From the NCBI RefSeq assembly GCF_006345805.1, contig NW_021836824.1, positions 1-39,079 of the forward strand: a DNA stretch of 39,079 bases, written 5' to 3'. The notes beneath the pieces were generated by a model. That model did no database searches, was not told where the DNA came from, and worked only from the letters and a program-made list of their open reading frames with translations. Of the stretch, positions 13,016 to 25,913 are shown one piece after another. The DNA is from Octopus sinensis. Taxonomy: Eukaryota. The stretch's first letter is position 1; the number at the start of each line of letters is the position of its first letter. The position numbers and the translations under genes were made by a program.

Positions 13016-13650
13016 TTCTTCTAACCTTTACTGTCCATTTCATTTTCTGATTACTAATTCCTGGGTTTTCCTTTCATTCTCCAATATATTTTACCTTAGT
13101 TCTTTTCTTATCTTTTCCAACTTCATTAGTATTCCCTTCCTCTAGTTTCTTTCTTTCTTTTCCTTCTCCTTCTTTTCATCAACAGTATTCTCCTTGTATC
13201 TTATTAATTACAACATTTGCGGCATTTATGTCTAGCTGGTCACTAATATTCTCCGTTTCAACCAAGCTCAAAACATTTACTTTGCCCGTAACACTCTTTA
13301 CTTTTCCTCTTTCCATACATCTTGCATTTGATGGCACTTCACTCATTTTATCTCGCAGCATTTCTAGAACCTCCGTCTCTTCATTGTTCAAGTTTACTTC
13401 AACGTTTACTGTCACTCGTCCAGCTAAATCACCTCCACTATTTACTTCATCAGCATTCTCAAACACTTGGTTATGTGCTTCTTTTTCGTTTTCTTCATCT
13501 CTTACCCTTTCCTTACCACTTCCTACTATTGTTGTTTTACACTCTCACCGCTCATATTCTGATCTCCGATTTTCCCCAACCTCTAATCCTGTAATCCATT
13601 CCAATCCAATCATTCATACGAATTGCTCTTGCCTGATCTATTAATCGCTG
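13016..13650 (-). pseudogene. R4/Dong-clade LINE N-terminal ORF fragment
   Basis: RCMERGKVKSVTGKVNVLSLVETENISDQLDINAANVV resembles the Dong N-terminal region. Same strand and collinear with 12190-12610. Confidence 0.55.
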
Positions 13651-14059
13651 GGAAGGAAGGATCAAAGACTTCCTTTTCATCTCATATTTACTTAATTCAT
13701 TTTATGAAACCGCCGCTTGTATTTGGCTCAATTCTCAGCCAACATTCAATCAGTCTTCTTTAGCTAATTTTCCCTTTTCTCATTATGAAGTTTTGACTTT
13801 GATCTTGATCCGATCAATGGTTTGCTGACGTCATGCTGCTGCTTGATCAGACACTCCTTGCCTCACGTGCATGACACCTAACTAACCTACTTGAATAAGG
13901 TGTCACTCATTATGAGGTAGCATTTCTAAGGTTGCGCAATCACTAGTCATTTTATCCCGACACCATCACTAGGTAGCTTGTCAAGCAAAACTCAGAGTCT
14001 TCACCTACCCTCATATACCGTCTCTGGGATGGCCGTTGACACCTATGAGTTCACCTGCC

Positions 14060-14180
14060 ATTTAATGAATTCTGTTGACTTTGCCTTTCATCACTTCGGG
14101 GTCAATATATTAATTACCAGTCAAGTACTGGGGTCGATGTGATAGACTTTCAAATCTTGTGCTTATATTAGAAAGGATTA

Positions 14181-14250
<70 letters not shown>
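14060..14250 (+). mobile_element. SINE family B 3' part with (ATT)n tail
   Basis: gttgactttgcctttcatcacttcggggtc...actggggtcgatgtgatagact...agaaaggattatcattatt. Confidence 0.75.
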
Positions 14251-14254
<4 letters not shown>

Positions 14255-14457
14255 TATTATTATTGTTATGTTTTTTCCTTCTTTCTTCAAATGTTCTTCC
14301 GTTTCTCGCCGAGTGTTTTCCATACACCTAGGGTAGAGAAGGGCATTGTATGCATTCCCAGATAACACGCGCAAATTCACAGATAAAATATGTATTTAAA
14401 AATTGAAAATTAGTGGTTAAATCTTTTATTTATTTATTTATTATTATTATCATTATT

Positions 14458-14489
<32 letters not shown>

Positions 14490-14490
14490 T

Positions 14491-14552
<62 letters not shown>

Positions 14553-15293
14553 CATCATTATTATTTTACTGCAATTCTTACAACCGTTTTCCTTGCTCTT
14601 ATATAATCTTGAGTCCATTGTTGCTGTCATTGTTATTCTATGTATCTTATATTCTTCGTATCGTTGCTGGTTTTGCAATTGTCGACTGTGGTATTACAGC
14701 AATTTCTTTTCTTTATATTTTCACAGCGATTTTTCTGTTATACATTGTTTGCATTTTTAGTTTCCTTTTCACGTAATTTAGTGGCTATATTTTCCTGCCC
14801 TCTGCTGTCATCCTAATCATTGTTATAGCTATTTTGCTGTTGTCACCGCCAACGTTGTTGTTGTCATTATTGCTGACATCAGCGTTTTTCTTCTTCTTGT
14901 TGATACAGTTAATGATAATATATTTCTGGTTATCTCCCGTTCTTTCGATTTCGTATTCCGTTTCTTTTTGCTTATATTTTTTTGGTTTTGCTGCAGCTGT
15001 CTTCGTTATTGTCGTCGTGGTCGTCGTCGCCGTTGTAAATGATTTCACCTGTCAGTGTTATCTCCCTTACAGTCTCTGTTGCACTGGTTGTTATTTTTCT
15101 TGGAGCTATTTTTAAAGTCGCTCCTACAATTCATTTAATCTCAATGAGTTTCATTTGGCTATGACTTTTCTTTTCTAAATTTGTTGATCTCTCCGAAAGA
15201 AAAATCTATCAGAATGCTACTAATGATGAAGTCGTTAGAGAATTTGTATAAGATTTAAGAGGTAAATAGATTGATAGAGAGATATACTGAGTA

Positions 15294-15378
<85 letters not shown>

Positions 15379-16008
15379 CTATAGCTTTGGATGTATATGT
15401 GCATATTTATACAAGCATGCATGTATATAAGTAAATGGATTTTTAAGTTTATGTTTACATATATTTTTATAGATATATACACACATATATGAACATACAT
15501 GTATACATATATATATATGTATATCTATTATTAATTTGTCTATCCATCCATCTATCAATCTATATGTGTGTGTGTGCATATATATATATATATATATAAG
15601 GAGAGAGAGAGAGAGAGCGAGAGAGAGAGAGAGTATGAAAAATAGAGAGATACATAGCGATGCCAATTGATTTAACATGCCCTGCAGTATGTATACATGT
15701 ATATAAATAAAAATATTGACTAGGGAGAGAGAGAGAGAAAGAGAAAGAAAGAAAGAAAGAAAGAGAGAAAGAAAGAGAAAGAGAAAGGAAGAAAGAAAGA
15801 AAAGAGGAGATAGTGAGATGGAGGAGACAGAAATTTCAAGGACATATTCTATGTCTAGGATTTTCCAAGCTATTTTATACGACAATAGAAATGTGATTTT
15901 AGCGGGTATAACGTGATAAGTTGTAATTGCGCGTATCTTACCCCCACCTTAATTTAAAGACCTTCATCATGTGTGTGTGTGTGTGTGCATTTATGCATAT
16001 ATATATAT

Positions 16009-16080
16009 ATAATTAAAATTAAGGGTTAAATGCAACAAGTTGCTCAAAACCACATACCTTTAACCCTTAATTTTAATTAT
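16009..16080. repeat. Perfect 22-bp inverted repeat with 28-bp spacer
   Basis: ataattaaaattaagggttaaa (16009-16030) and tttaacccttaattttaattat (16059-16080). Confidence 0.95.
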
Positions 16081-16172
16081 TATAACCCTTACCAAATATG
16101 GTCTTTTATACCGATAATCTACTACTAGGTGAAATTGATTAATTTTATTAAATTTTATATTCCACCCTTTAT

Positions 16173-16229
<57 letters not shown>

Positions 16230-16249
16230 GATATAGATATTGCTATGTG

Positions 16250-16370
16250 TATATACGACGGCTTCTTTCAGTTTCTCTTTATATCAAATTCACTCACAAG
16301 GTTTTGGTCCGCCCGAGATTATAGAAGAAGACACTTGTCGAAGGTGCCACACCGTTGGACCGAACTCTCA
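16250..16370 (-). mobile_element. SINE family A, 5' part (degraded)
   Basis: tatacgacggcttctttcagtttc...cactcacaagg...agaagacacttg. Confidence 0.75.
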
Positions 16371-16674
16371 TATCCCGGCTTGACCCTTTATTTTACTTTT
16401 TATTTTATTTTTCTCAATACATTTTAGAGAAATCTATGATTAACAAGAAAAGATTATCAATCATTCCACCGAGAAGCAGCGAAACAATTTCAATAAATTC
16501 GAAGGGAATTATATTCTCCTAATTGTGATTCAAAGCAAAAGCTCCTGATACCAAAATGACAGCGAACAATCTTAATTTTGAAAGTAGATGGGTGAATGTT
16601 GGTAAAAGCCGTTACGAGTGTACATACATGCATACAAACACACACGCACACATACACGCACGCAGACTTATATA

Positions 16675-16727
<53 letters not shown>

Positions 16728-16939
16728 TAAGGGTAGCAAAAAATTCTAGAAAAAATTTTCCGCTACCAGCGGTCTAGTGAGAAAGAAAAAATAGTCAAAG
16801 ACTATATAATATACATTCAACAATATAAGGAATGGCCATATAGGACATTCGACTCACTAGAAAGAGCAGTTGGTTGTATATATATATATATATATATACA
16901 TAAATATTCGCGCGCGTGTATCTGTTTATGAATATATGT

Positions 16940-17045
16940 GAAGGTGCGTGGCTTAGTGGTTAGAGTTTTCCGCTCATGTCTCTAAACATCATGCGTTCGA
17001 TTTCCAGCAGTGCGTTGTGTCTTGGAGTAAGGCACTTTATTTCAT
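16940..17045 (+). mobile_element. tRNA-derived head of a third SINE type (degraded)
   Basis: A box gtggcttagtggttag and B box gcgttcgatttcc, followed by tgtgtcttggagtaaggcacttta. There is no acceptor-stem closure, so it is not a tRNA gene. Confidence 0.6.
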
Positions 17046-17385
17046 AGGAAAGCAATTACACTCCGCAGCTATTACTTCGTTTTCTTTTGAAAGCAAACAT
17101 GAAATTTCAAATATTTGAAAACCGTGGTTCTCATTTACTAAAAATTTGTTTTAAAAATTTATTTCATTTTAGTTCAAACTCACTTTTGTTAACGACATAT
17201 ATGACCTCCTTATTGAAGCAACATAATTGCTTACAAAACGCCGTGATTTATACGACAGGCTCTTTATCATGTTTTGTAAACTTATATTCCGGTTTCATTG
17301 AGTCTGGACACCAATTATATATATATACATATATATATATATGCATATATATATATACATATATATACATACACACACACATATA

Positions 17386-17432
<47 letters not shown>

Positions 17433-17804
17433 ATTAACTTACGTATGATTTATGAGTTACCGATTTTAAAGTATTCACTTATTCATTTCGCTAGTTCAAG
17501 AAAGCCAAGTTAGAATTTTACAGTCCCCATTAATCATACTGTGTACTTTTTATTGTTGATATAGCGACACCCTGAAAAGCATTCATATCTATTGTATAAA
17601 TATTATATCATTATAGGTTTGTTTGCTATATATAGTATAACATATATCAACATATTATATAACTCTGTTAGATAAACACGCCTGTGCGCGGATATTTACA
17701 AGTGCATAACTCTGTATATCGTATTGTCGTATTATATAACGTAAACATTAATTGTCGTCACTGAGCCATTTCGCTAAGAGTTTTTAATATTTTGAAGTCA
17801 TATT

Positions 17805-17882
17805 GGTGTATAAGTCGGCCTCCCATTTTGGGGCTGTAAATTTTTGTTTGAAATATTCGACTTGCAAGCTGGAAAACACGAT
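17805..17882 (+). mobile_element. Possible Tc2/pogo-like 3' terminal region
   Basis: ggtgtataagtcg...cgacttgcaagctggaaaacacg resembles the tataagtcg/cgacttata subterminal repeats and the gaaaatacgg end. No partner terminus found. Confidence 0.3.
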
Positions 17883-18367
17883 ATGTGTGAATGTATGAAC
17901 GTGAGTGAAATTCATTCAATAACCTTTAACTTTCAGGCATTGTTTTTTGCAGTTTCGTTGATAATCGATTTTTTGTCAAATGGAGGCAACCTAAATACCA
18001 AACTCTTATTGAATCATTTACAGAATTATATTCCATCGATGTGCTAAAGTTACAATGTGGAATCACGTCTTTTAGTCTCACCACAGATGTGATTTTCAGC
18101 GTTAGACTGTTGCAAGGGAAGTAAAAACAAAACCAAAAGAATTCGCAGTTTTATTAAAATTTTATTAATCAAATAAAAATGTGACACGATGATTGCACCG
18201 GGGAAAATTGATGTGAGGTAGTCAAAATCCGTTATGGTTGTTCAATTGTACAGTAGTATGAAGGCCGTCATCAACTGAATTGTTGGTATGTCGGAACAGG
18301 TATTGTTCGACAATGGTGCTAAACAATTTCAATCTCCAGTGTTAATTTCGCTGTCATATCTACTCAC

Positions 18368-18430
18368 GTCTTTCGAGAATGTAATCTGGGTATTTTTGTC
18401 TGCTATAACATATAAAGTATGATAATCTAT
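18368..18430 (-). CDS. Candidate internal exon (63 nt)
   Basis: gcttttgatctttcag|ATAG...AAAGAC|gtgagt. Open in two frames (IDYHTLYVIADKNTQITFSKD or xRLSYFICYSRQKYPDYILER). Confidence 0.45.
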
Positions 18431-19060
18431 CTGAAAGATCAAAAGCTAAACCGAAAACATTTATATATCTAGTTTGCAATATAATTGTGAATTTCAGGAT
18501 CTTTCAGCAAAATATTAATAAAAATAATAGCTCACTTCTCCAGTGCCTGAAAAGATTTTGGTCTTACAATAAACCCGGTTATTACCTGAAATCATCTCGA
18601 ACTTGCAACCCACGCTCGTAATTGCTAAACGCACGTCTTAGTCTACAAAGCCACGCCATGCCTACGGCCACCGGCCACGGACAAGCGACCGTGGTGACTT
18701 CGTTGCTTCGTCCTAATGGGTTTATCATCAGTGTTGGCATCGAAGTTTACACAATAGCACAGATCAGATTTTTCATATATCAATGTAAAAGTTATTGCGC
18801 TACATTAATAATCTCATTCTTAAATTGTTCTTTAATTCTCTGTGGTATGATTTATTGAGCAAGTATATATTGGAATTTATTAGGAGCTCGTTTTGTTAGC
18901 CATTTTGGTGTCTAATTCAATCGTTATTATTGGCCGAATATAAACAATCGCCTGAAGGAGGAGATACAGATGTGTTAGTCGAATAACAACAACAACAACA
19001 ACAGTAATAATAATAATAATAATAATAATAATGATGATGATGATGATGATAATAATAGTA

Positions 19061-19122
<62 letters not shown>

Positions 19123-19176
19123 TACTACTATTACTGATATTATTATTATTATTACTAATATGATTATTATTATTAC

Positions 19177-19213
<37 letters not shown>

Positions 19214-19720
19214 GTGTGAGAGAGCAGTTCATACCATCAAAGTGACACTGGGGTAAAATATACGAAACCCAATATACCCATCATGACTACCCGTCTGATA
19301 AGGGTACACCAGGCACATGCATCACAACCATATGTGCGCGACATGGTGATCTCATATCAAGATAAACTGCACATGACATTGCAGCTCAAACGGTCCCTGA
19401 ATAAGGGTTGTTTAAGGAGGTTGAATGAAGCACACATGTTTCCAGAGGTGTACTATTCAAACCCTAAAGAATCCCTCTCAACACATGGCTATGATGCTCC
19501 TCCACTACTTCTGCTCGTGATCAGAGATGCACATATCGTTAGGCCTAAGGGACATGCTCAACTGGTTAAGGTCAAACAACTGACAAGCAAATCTGTGGTA
19601 TTGAGCAGAATATTTGCTGTAGCCCATCTTTTATACCAAGACAAAATAATGTACATGATAACGCTTCCAATCAGTTAAGATCAGAAGCCATGAGAGCCAC
19701 TGCCTTGTACTGCATCAGGG

Positions 19721-19721
<1 letters not shown>
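19214..19721 (-). mobile_element. ~510-bp non-coding interspersed element embedded in (TAA)n
   Basis: Complex sequence with sharp borders into (ATT)n on both sides, the same setting as the Dong 3' ends. The strand is inferred from that polarity. Confidence 0.55.
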
Positions 19722-19799
<78 letters not shown>

Positions 19800-19800
<1 letters not shown>

Positions 19801-21000
19801 GAAGACCTAAAAGCATCTAACCGATTTGAAGCCATCAGTGTATCTTCTTATGTCTGTTGTGAAATAGAGTTTCCATCTAATAGACTAGATAATGAGTAAA
19901 ATTTGGGAACTGGATCGTAAAACAAGTAAAATGCCGACATTAACTAAGACGTGACATCATGTAATATCAAAAGGTGTTGGTAGAATTTTGCTCGCAAGAG
20001 CTGACGGAGAGAGAGGTTTAGTACAGGTCGTACTAGCCTACAAATCCACTCTCATTGGCAGGCCTAAGCACCTATCTCTCATCTTAACAAGACATCCGTC
20101 TTAAAATTGTCATTAATGCAAGGAGGACCTATATTCAATTACGAAAGAATTGAAGGAATTTTAACGTAGACCGAGTATCCCTGAAGTAAGGATAAATACT
20201 TATAGAATAAATATCAGTCTTTTTAAAACCTGATATTTATTCTATAGATGACTTTTTGCCAAACCGTAAGTTACGAGGACACAAACAAACCAACAATGGC
20301 TGTCAACAAAGATTCTTGCCCAAGGCACCAGAAAGAAGGACGGAAGTCGAAAGCATGCATACGGGAAGCAAACTTCATACGACACAGCTATTCCTGCGCC
20401 TGTAAATATGCAGTACTTTTGAAGAAACAACTAACTCCATAATTTCCAGCTGCTCAACATTGGCAAAACACGAATATCCACTGCCACAACAAGACAGCAG
20501 CATACCACAAGGGGCTAAACACAGAGAGGACAAACAAGGACAGACAAACGGATTGGGTCGATTATATCGACCCCAACGCGCAACTGCTACTTAATTTATC
20601 GATCCCGAAAGGATAAAAGGCAAAGTCGACCTCGGCGGAATTGGAACTCAGAATGTAACGGCAGACGAAATACCTATTTCTTTACTACCCACAAGGGGCT
20701 AAACACAGAGGGAACAAACAAGGACAGACAAACGGATTAAGTCGATTATATCGACCCCAGTGCGTAACTAGTACTTAATTTATCGAGCCCGAAAGGATGA
20801 AAGTCACAGTCGACCTCGGCGGAATTGGAACTCAGAACGCAACGGCAGACGAAATACGGCTACGCATTTCGCCCGGCGTGCTAACGTTTCTGCCAGCTCG
20901 CCGCCTTACAAGACAGCAGCATACCTTCACAGGAAGACATGCAGCAAATGCGGCAACAATATTACTGAAAATTGGTAGAACCACAAATCTTAGCATTGCA
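19800..21000 (+). pseudogene. Degraded R4/Dong-clade LINE (RT thumb to zinc knuckle)
   Basis: LDRKTSKMPTLTKT*HHVISKGVGRILLARADGERGL (cf. LDRKTRKxLTxxxxHHPKSDVDRLYLPRxxGGRGL), then IISSCSTLAKHEY..HNKTAAYLHRKTC..ENW, interrupted by a SINE-B dimer. Confidence 0.75.
20507..20907 (-). mobile_element. SINE family B dimer with perfect 18-bp TSD
   Basis: acaagacagcagcatacc at 20489-20506 and 20908-20925. Head ggcggcgagctggcag, then two copies of the ttctgagttc...gtcgactttgcctttcatcctttcgggg body. Confidence 0.92.
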
Positions 21001-21491
21001 TGGGAGAAGACATGGCAAAAAGATAGAAAAATGTTAATTTATAGCAATTGTAGTTATCTTTGTCGCTAATTTCACACTACTATAAGTTGTGGTGATCGAT
21101 GCTGTATTATTCTTCCTTACTCTTTCCTGGAGTAAAGTTATTCGGGCAAAGAAACAAATCTGTTTTTATATGCCTTTCGTCCGCGTACATTTTTTTAACT
21201 GGATCAACATTTGGAAAATATGGAAAATATAAAATCTTCCTGTTTATTGTCGGTGGTTATACTAGTTGTTGTCATTGCTGTTCTTATGCTTAAAACCATC
21301 TCCATAGTTTTTTCCTATTTAAATTAAAGTTTTAAACGTTATTCATTTTCCTATTTTCCAATGACTAAATCGAAGTGTTTATGCCTGAAGCATCTTCTGT
21401 TTAATTTTCACAATGTCTGTTTTTAAATTCTGTTTTTGTATGTGGAAATAATTAAGGATATGTTTGTTTATGCTATTGAAGTTGCTGTTAC

Positions 21492-21532
21492 CATCACAGG
21501 GGTGAGCACACCTCCGCTTTTTATTTCTAAGG
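21492..21532 (-). CDS. Candidate internal exon (41 nt)
   Basis: ttgttatttgtttttcaaaacag|CCTTAG...GTGATG|gtaaca. Open as xLRNKKRRCAHPCD (phase 2 to 1) or xLEIKSGGVLTPVM (phase 1 to 0). Confidence 0.3.
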
Positions 21533-21755
21533 CTGTTTTGAAAAACAAATAACAAAATAAACAACCTTGCCAAAAGAATATACACATGAAAACAACGTTT
21601 CAACGAATTATTCTACTTCGAGATAATAAAATAACAAAGCTTTTCAGTACAGTACTGGGGTAGATGTAATTGATTAAACCCAGACTTAAAATTGCTGGCC
21701 TCGTACCAAAATTTAAAACTATCATCATCATCATCATCATCATCATCATTGTTAT

Positions 21756-21971
21756 ACTCTTTACTCTTTTACTCTTTTACTTGTTTCAGTCATTTGACTG
21801 CGGCCATGCTGGAGCACCGCCTTTAGTCGAGCAAATCGACCCCGGGACTTATTCTTTGTAAGCCCAGTACTTATTCTATCGGTCTCTTTTGCCGAACCGC
21901 TAAGTGACGGGGACGTAAACACACCAGCATCGGTTGTCAAGCGATGTTGGGGGACAAACACAGACACACAA

Positions 21972-22018
<47 letters not shown>

Positions 22019-22182
22019 CGACAGGCTTCTTTCAGTTTCCGTCTGCCAAATCCACTCATAAGGCATTGGTTGGCCTGGAGCTATAGGAGAAGACAGTTGC
22101 CCAAGATGCCACGCAGTGGGACTGAACCCGGAACCATGTGGTTGGTTAGCAAGCTACTTACCACACAGCCACTCCTACGCCT
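21756..22182 (-). mobile_element. SINE family A, full length, young
   Basis: Near-identical by eye to the reverse complement of 28363-28784. Confidence 0.95.
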
Positions 22183-22189
22183 ATCATTA

Positions 22190-22353
22190 TTTCGGCCGAC
22201 TTTTACTTTCTGAGTTCAAATTCCGCCGTGGTCAACTTTGCCTTTCATCTTTACAGGGTCGATGAAATAAGTACCAGTTGAAAACTGGGGTCGATGTAAT
22301 TTACTAACTCCTTCTCCCGAATCTGCTGGTTTTGTGCCAAAATTTGAAACCAC

Positions 22354-22408
<55 letters not shown>

Positions 22409-22684
22409 TGGCAGCCGGCTTGTAGAATTGTTAGCACGCCGGTCAAAATGCTTAGCGGCATTTCCTCCGTCTTTACGTTCTGCGTTCAAAATCTGCCGAA
22501 GTCGACTTTGCTTTCTATCCTTTCGGAATCGATAAAATAAGTATTAATTGAACACTGGGGTCGATCTAATCGACTCATCCCCCTTCCAAAATTGCTGCCC
22601 TTGTGGCAAAATTAAAACAGTAATAATAATAATAATAATACTTAATATTTATTATTATTATTACTACTACTACTACTACTACTT

Positions 22685-22726
<42 letters not shown>

Positions 22727-22733
22727 TTACTAC

Positions 22734-22785
<52 letters not shown>

Positions 22786-23600
22786 AGGCGGCGAGGTCGA
22801 CTTTCCCTTTCATCATTTCGGGGTCGATAAATTAAGTAGCAGTTGAAAAACTGGGGAGGACCTAATTGACACATCCACCCATCCCCAAAATTATTGTCTT
22901 GTGTCAAAATTTGAAACTATTGTTAAGGTGTCGAGCTGGCAGAATCGTTAGCACGCCGGGCGAAATGCTTACCAGTGTTTCACCCGTCACTACATTCTGA
23001 GTCCAAATCCTGCCGAAGACGACTTTGCCTTTTATTCTTTCGGGCTCCATAAATTAAGTACCAGCGGAACACTGGAGTCGATATAATCGACCAGCGTCTT
23101 CACGCCAAATTTCAGGCCTTGTACCTATAATAGAAAGGATTATTATTATTATTATTATTATAATCATTATGAAGGCGACAACCAAGCAAAATCGTTTGTA
23201 AGCCGGACAAACTGTAACGCGGCGAGCTGGCAAAAACGTTAGCACGCTGGACGAAATGCGTAGCTGTATTTCGTCTGCCGTTACGTTCTGAGTTCAAATT
23301 CCGCCGAGGTCGACTTTGCCTTTCATCCTTTCGGGGTCGATAAATTAAGTACCAGTTATGCACTGGGGGTCGATGTAATCGACTTAATCCTTTTGTCTGT
23401 CCTCGTTCGTCCCCTGTGTGTTTAGCCCCACGTGGTTAGTAAAGAACTAGGTAGACTTTAACTTTTACCTCTTCAGCAGGGTAAGATGAGGAACTGAGTC
23501 CATAAAGTAAAATAGCAGCCCTGGGGTCAATGTAATAGACTATCACAAACTCCTCTAAACTTGTTCGTCTTGTGCCCCGCAAAATCAGAAGGAATTACCA
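22190..23600 (+). mobile_element. Head-to-tail cluster of about six SINE family B copies
   Basis: Units at about 22190-22352, 22410-22620, 22785-22920, 22925-23138, 23218-23453 and 23460-23595 (very degraded), all plus strand and mostly separated by trinucleotide tails. Confidence 0.85.
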
Positions 23601-24057
23601 GCGTTATTGTTGTTGTTGTTGCTGATTTCTACAATTTCTGTTTTAACCACATCAACACCTCCAAGACCGACACAATAAGTTATTATCCTTCGCATATTTC
23701 TCTTTTGGCTTATATCGATTTTCTTGTGTTTGCGATTATATAAGAATCTGGGGGGTTTTTTTTTCTTTCTTTTCTCTGAAGTTGCTCATGAAAAGATTTG
23801 TATTCTTTGGTTTTATGTGACAAGACAGATCCATCATTTAGGCAAGACAGCCTCAAGCATCATGGAAAAGCATTTTTATCTGTTTAACAGAGATTTATAT
23901 ATCCGAGGATATGCAGATATATATTATATTATATAATATTATATATATATATATATAGTATATACACATGTTTATCTGATTTGTGTACATATGTGTGTGT
24001 ATTTCTTACGTGTGTATATGTATGTGCGTATATGTGAGTATATGTATATTTATATAA

Positions 24058-24103
<46 letters not shown>

Positions 24104-24208
24104 ACCACAATCATTTATATATATGTATATAGATATATATGTATATATATGTAGCTATATCTATATACATTTAATATATATATTATATATATATATATAT
24201 ATAGGTAT

Positions 24209-24257
<49 letters not shown>

Positions 24258-24260
24258 TAC

Positions 24261-24297
<37 letters not shown>

Positions 24298-24747
24298 GGT
24301 ATGTTTAATATATATATATATAAGCTACCATATATATACATATATATATATACATATATATATATACATATATATATAAGCAGCTATGCATTCATGTATA
24401 TATGTATATTATATATATATATATGTTTACACAATACTAGCATATGCGCCTCTTTGTGTATGTGCGTGTGTGTGTGCGTAACAAAGTTGGTCATATTTAA
24501 TACCATACATGATAATTCTTGATTTATTCAAAATTTCTCCGTTCACGGAAGAGGAAGAAAAGTCGCTTGGTTGCAATTTATTCCAAATTTATTGAGAAAG
24601 GAGACCATGTTGAGTATCAACAATTATCCAAATTTGGCACGCAATTAAGGAAAAGACAGTTTGATACACTCGCACCTGAGGACAGTTATGATCTCGTGAC
24701 TGTGTCCCTTTCTTCTTCTTCTCCTTCTTCTTCTTCTTCTTCTTCTT

Positions 24748-24839
<92 letters not shown>

Positions 24840-24873
24840 GCTGTTGTTGTTATTGTTTTTGAAATCATTGTAC

Positions 24874-25271
24874 AGGCGGCGAGATGGCAGACACGTTAGC
24901 ACACCGGGAGAGATGCTGAGCTGTATTTCGTCTGCCGTTACGTTCTGAGTTCAAATTCCGACGAGATCGACTTTGCCTTTCATCCTTTCGTGGTCGACCA
25001 AATAAGTACCAGTAACGCACTGGAGACGATATAATCGACTTAATGCGTTTGTCTGTCCATGTTTGTCCGCCCTGCGTTTAGCCCCTTGTGGGTAGTAAAG
25101 AAATAGGTATTTCGTGTGCCCTTACGTTCTGAGTTCAAATTCCGCCGAAGTTGACTTTGCCATTCATCTATTCGGGGGTCGATAAGTTAAGTACCAGTTG
25201 CATACTGGGGTTGGTCTAATCGACTGGCCCCTCCACTAACATTTCAGGCCTTTTTGCCTAAATGAGAAAAG
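24874..25271 (+). mobile_element. SINE family B chimeric dimer (two different tails)
   Basis: The first unit ends gtttgtctgtcc...gtgggtagtaaagaaata; the second ends cccctccactaacatttcaggcc...gaaaagatt(att)n. Confidence 0.88.
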
Positions 25272-25299
25272 ATTATTATTATTATCATAATTGTTAATA

Positions 25300-25330
<31 letters not shown>

Positions 25331-25348
25331 ATTATTATTATTATTATT

Positions 25349-25686
25349 CTATGTTTGACTTTTGCTTTATGTCTGTACAAGTTGGCTCCAAGTCTCACCC
25401 AGAGACCTCAAGAGACAACAGGTTGGAAGTTCTGTGCCATATATTTGGGGATTTTTTTTGGTGTTGTACTAGTGAATGTCTAATACATTAAAAAAAAAAA
25501 AAAAATTTTTTTTAAATTTAAAAAAAAATAAGTTTGTTTTAAACCTTGAGATTACATAGAGAGTATTTTGCGTAGGATATGAGCAGTTCCCATGAGCACT
25601 ATCTTTTGAATTTCTGCCATTTTGGGGTTTCCTGGTATCTGAGTTAGGTAGCAATCAGTCCCTTTCGCTATCATTCCCAGGGCACC
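25349..25686 (-). mobile_element. 5'-truncated R4/Dong LINE 3' end in (TAA)n
   Basis: IIGALGMIAKGTDCYLTQIPGNPKMAEIQKIVLMGTAHILRKILSM* matches the C-terminus of the restriction-like endonuclease of Dong/Rex6. A 3' UTR follows; (TAA)n lies on both sides. Confidence 0.85.
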
Positions 25687-25867
25687 TATTATTATTATTA
25701 TTATTATTATTTTGATTGTTATCATCATCATTACCATCATCTTGATCTTATTGCTATTTATTAAAGTTTGATTAGGGTGTCTTTGTTACATGTCAATCGC
25801 TTTCAAAATCTTTTAATTGAAACCGTATTGAAATTTCATTCCGGAACGGTTGTTGGCTGTTGCACCA

Positions 25868-25913
<46 letters not shown>

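Noticed and set aside
19283-19678. 131-aa plus-strand ORF
   Set aside because: It lies in an interspersed repeat, antisense to its inferred polarity, with no recognisable domain.
19670-19721. HDV-like ribozyme at the inferred 5' end of the TAA-embedded element
   Set aside because: A P1-like pairing exists (GCCCUGA/UCAUGGC, 6 of 7), but P3/L3 and P1.1 do not fit the HDV fold.
22190-23600. CRISPR-like repeat/spacer appearance
   Set aside because: The units are ~200-bp diverged SINEs with microsatellite spacers in eukaryotic DNA, and there are no cas genes.
24676-24710. CTGAGGA followed by a hairpin (possible hammerhead)
   Set aside because: There is no GAAA after the stem and no stems I or III.
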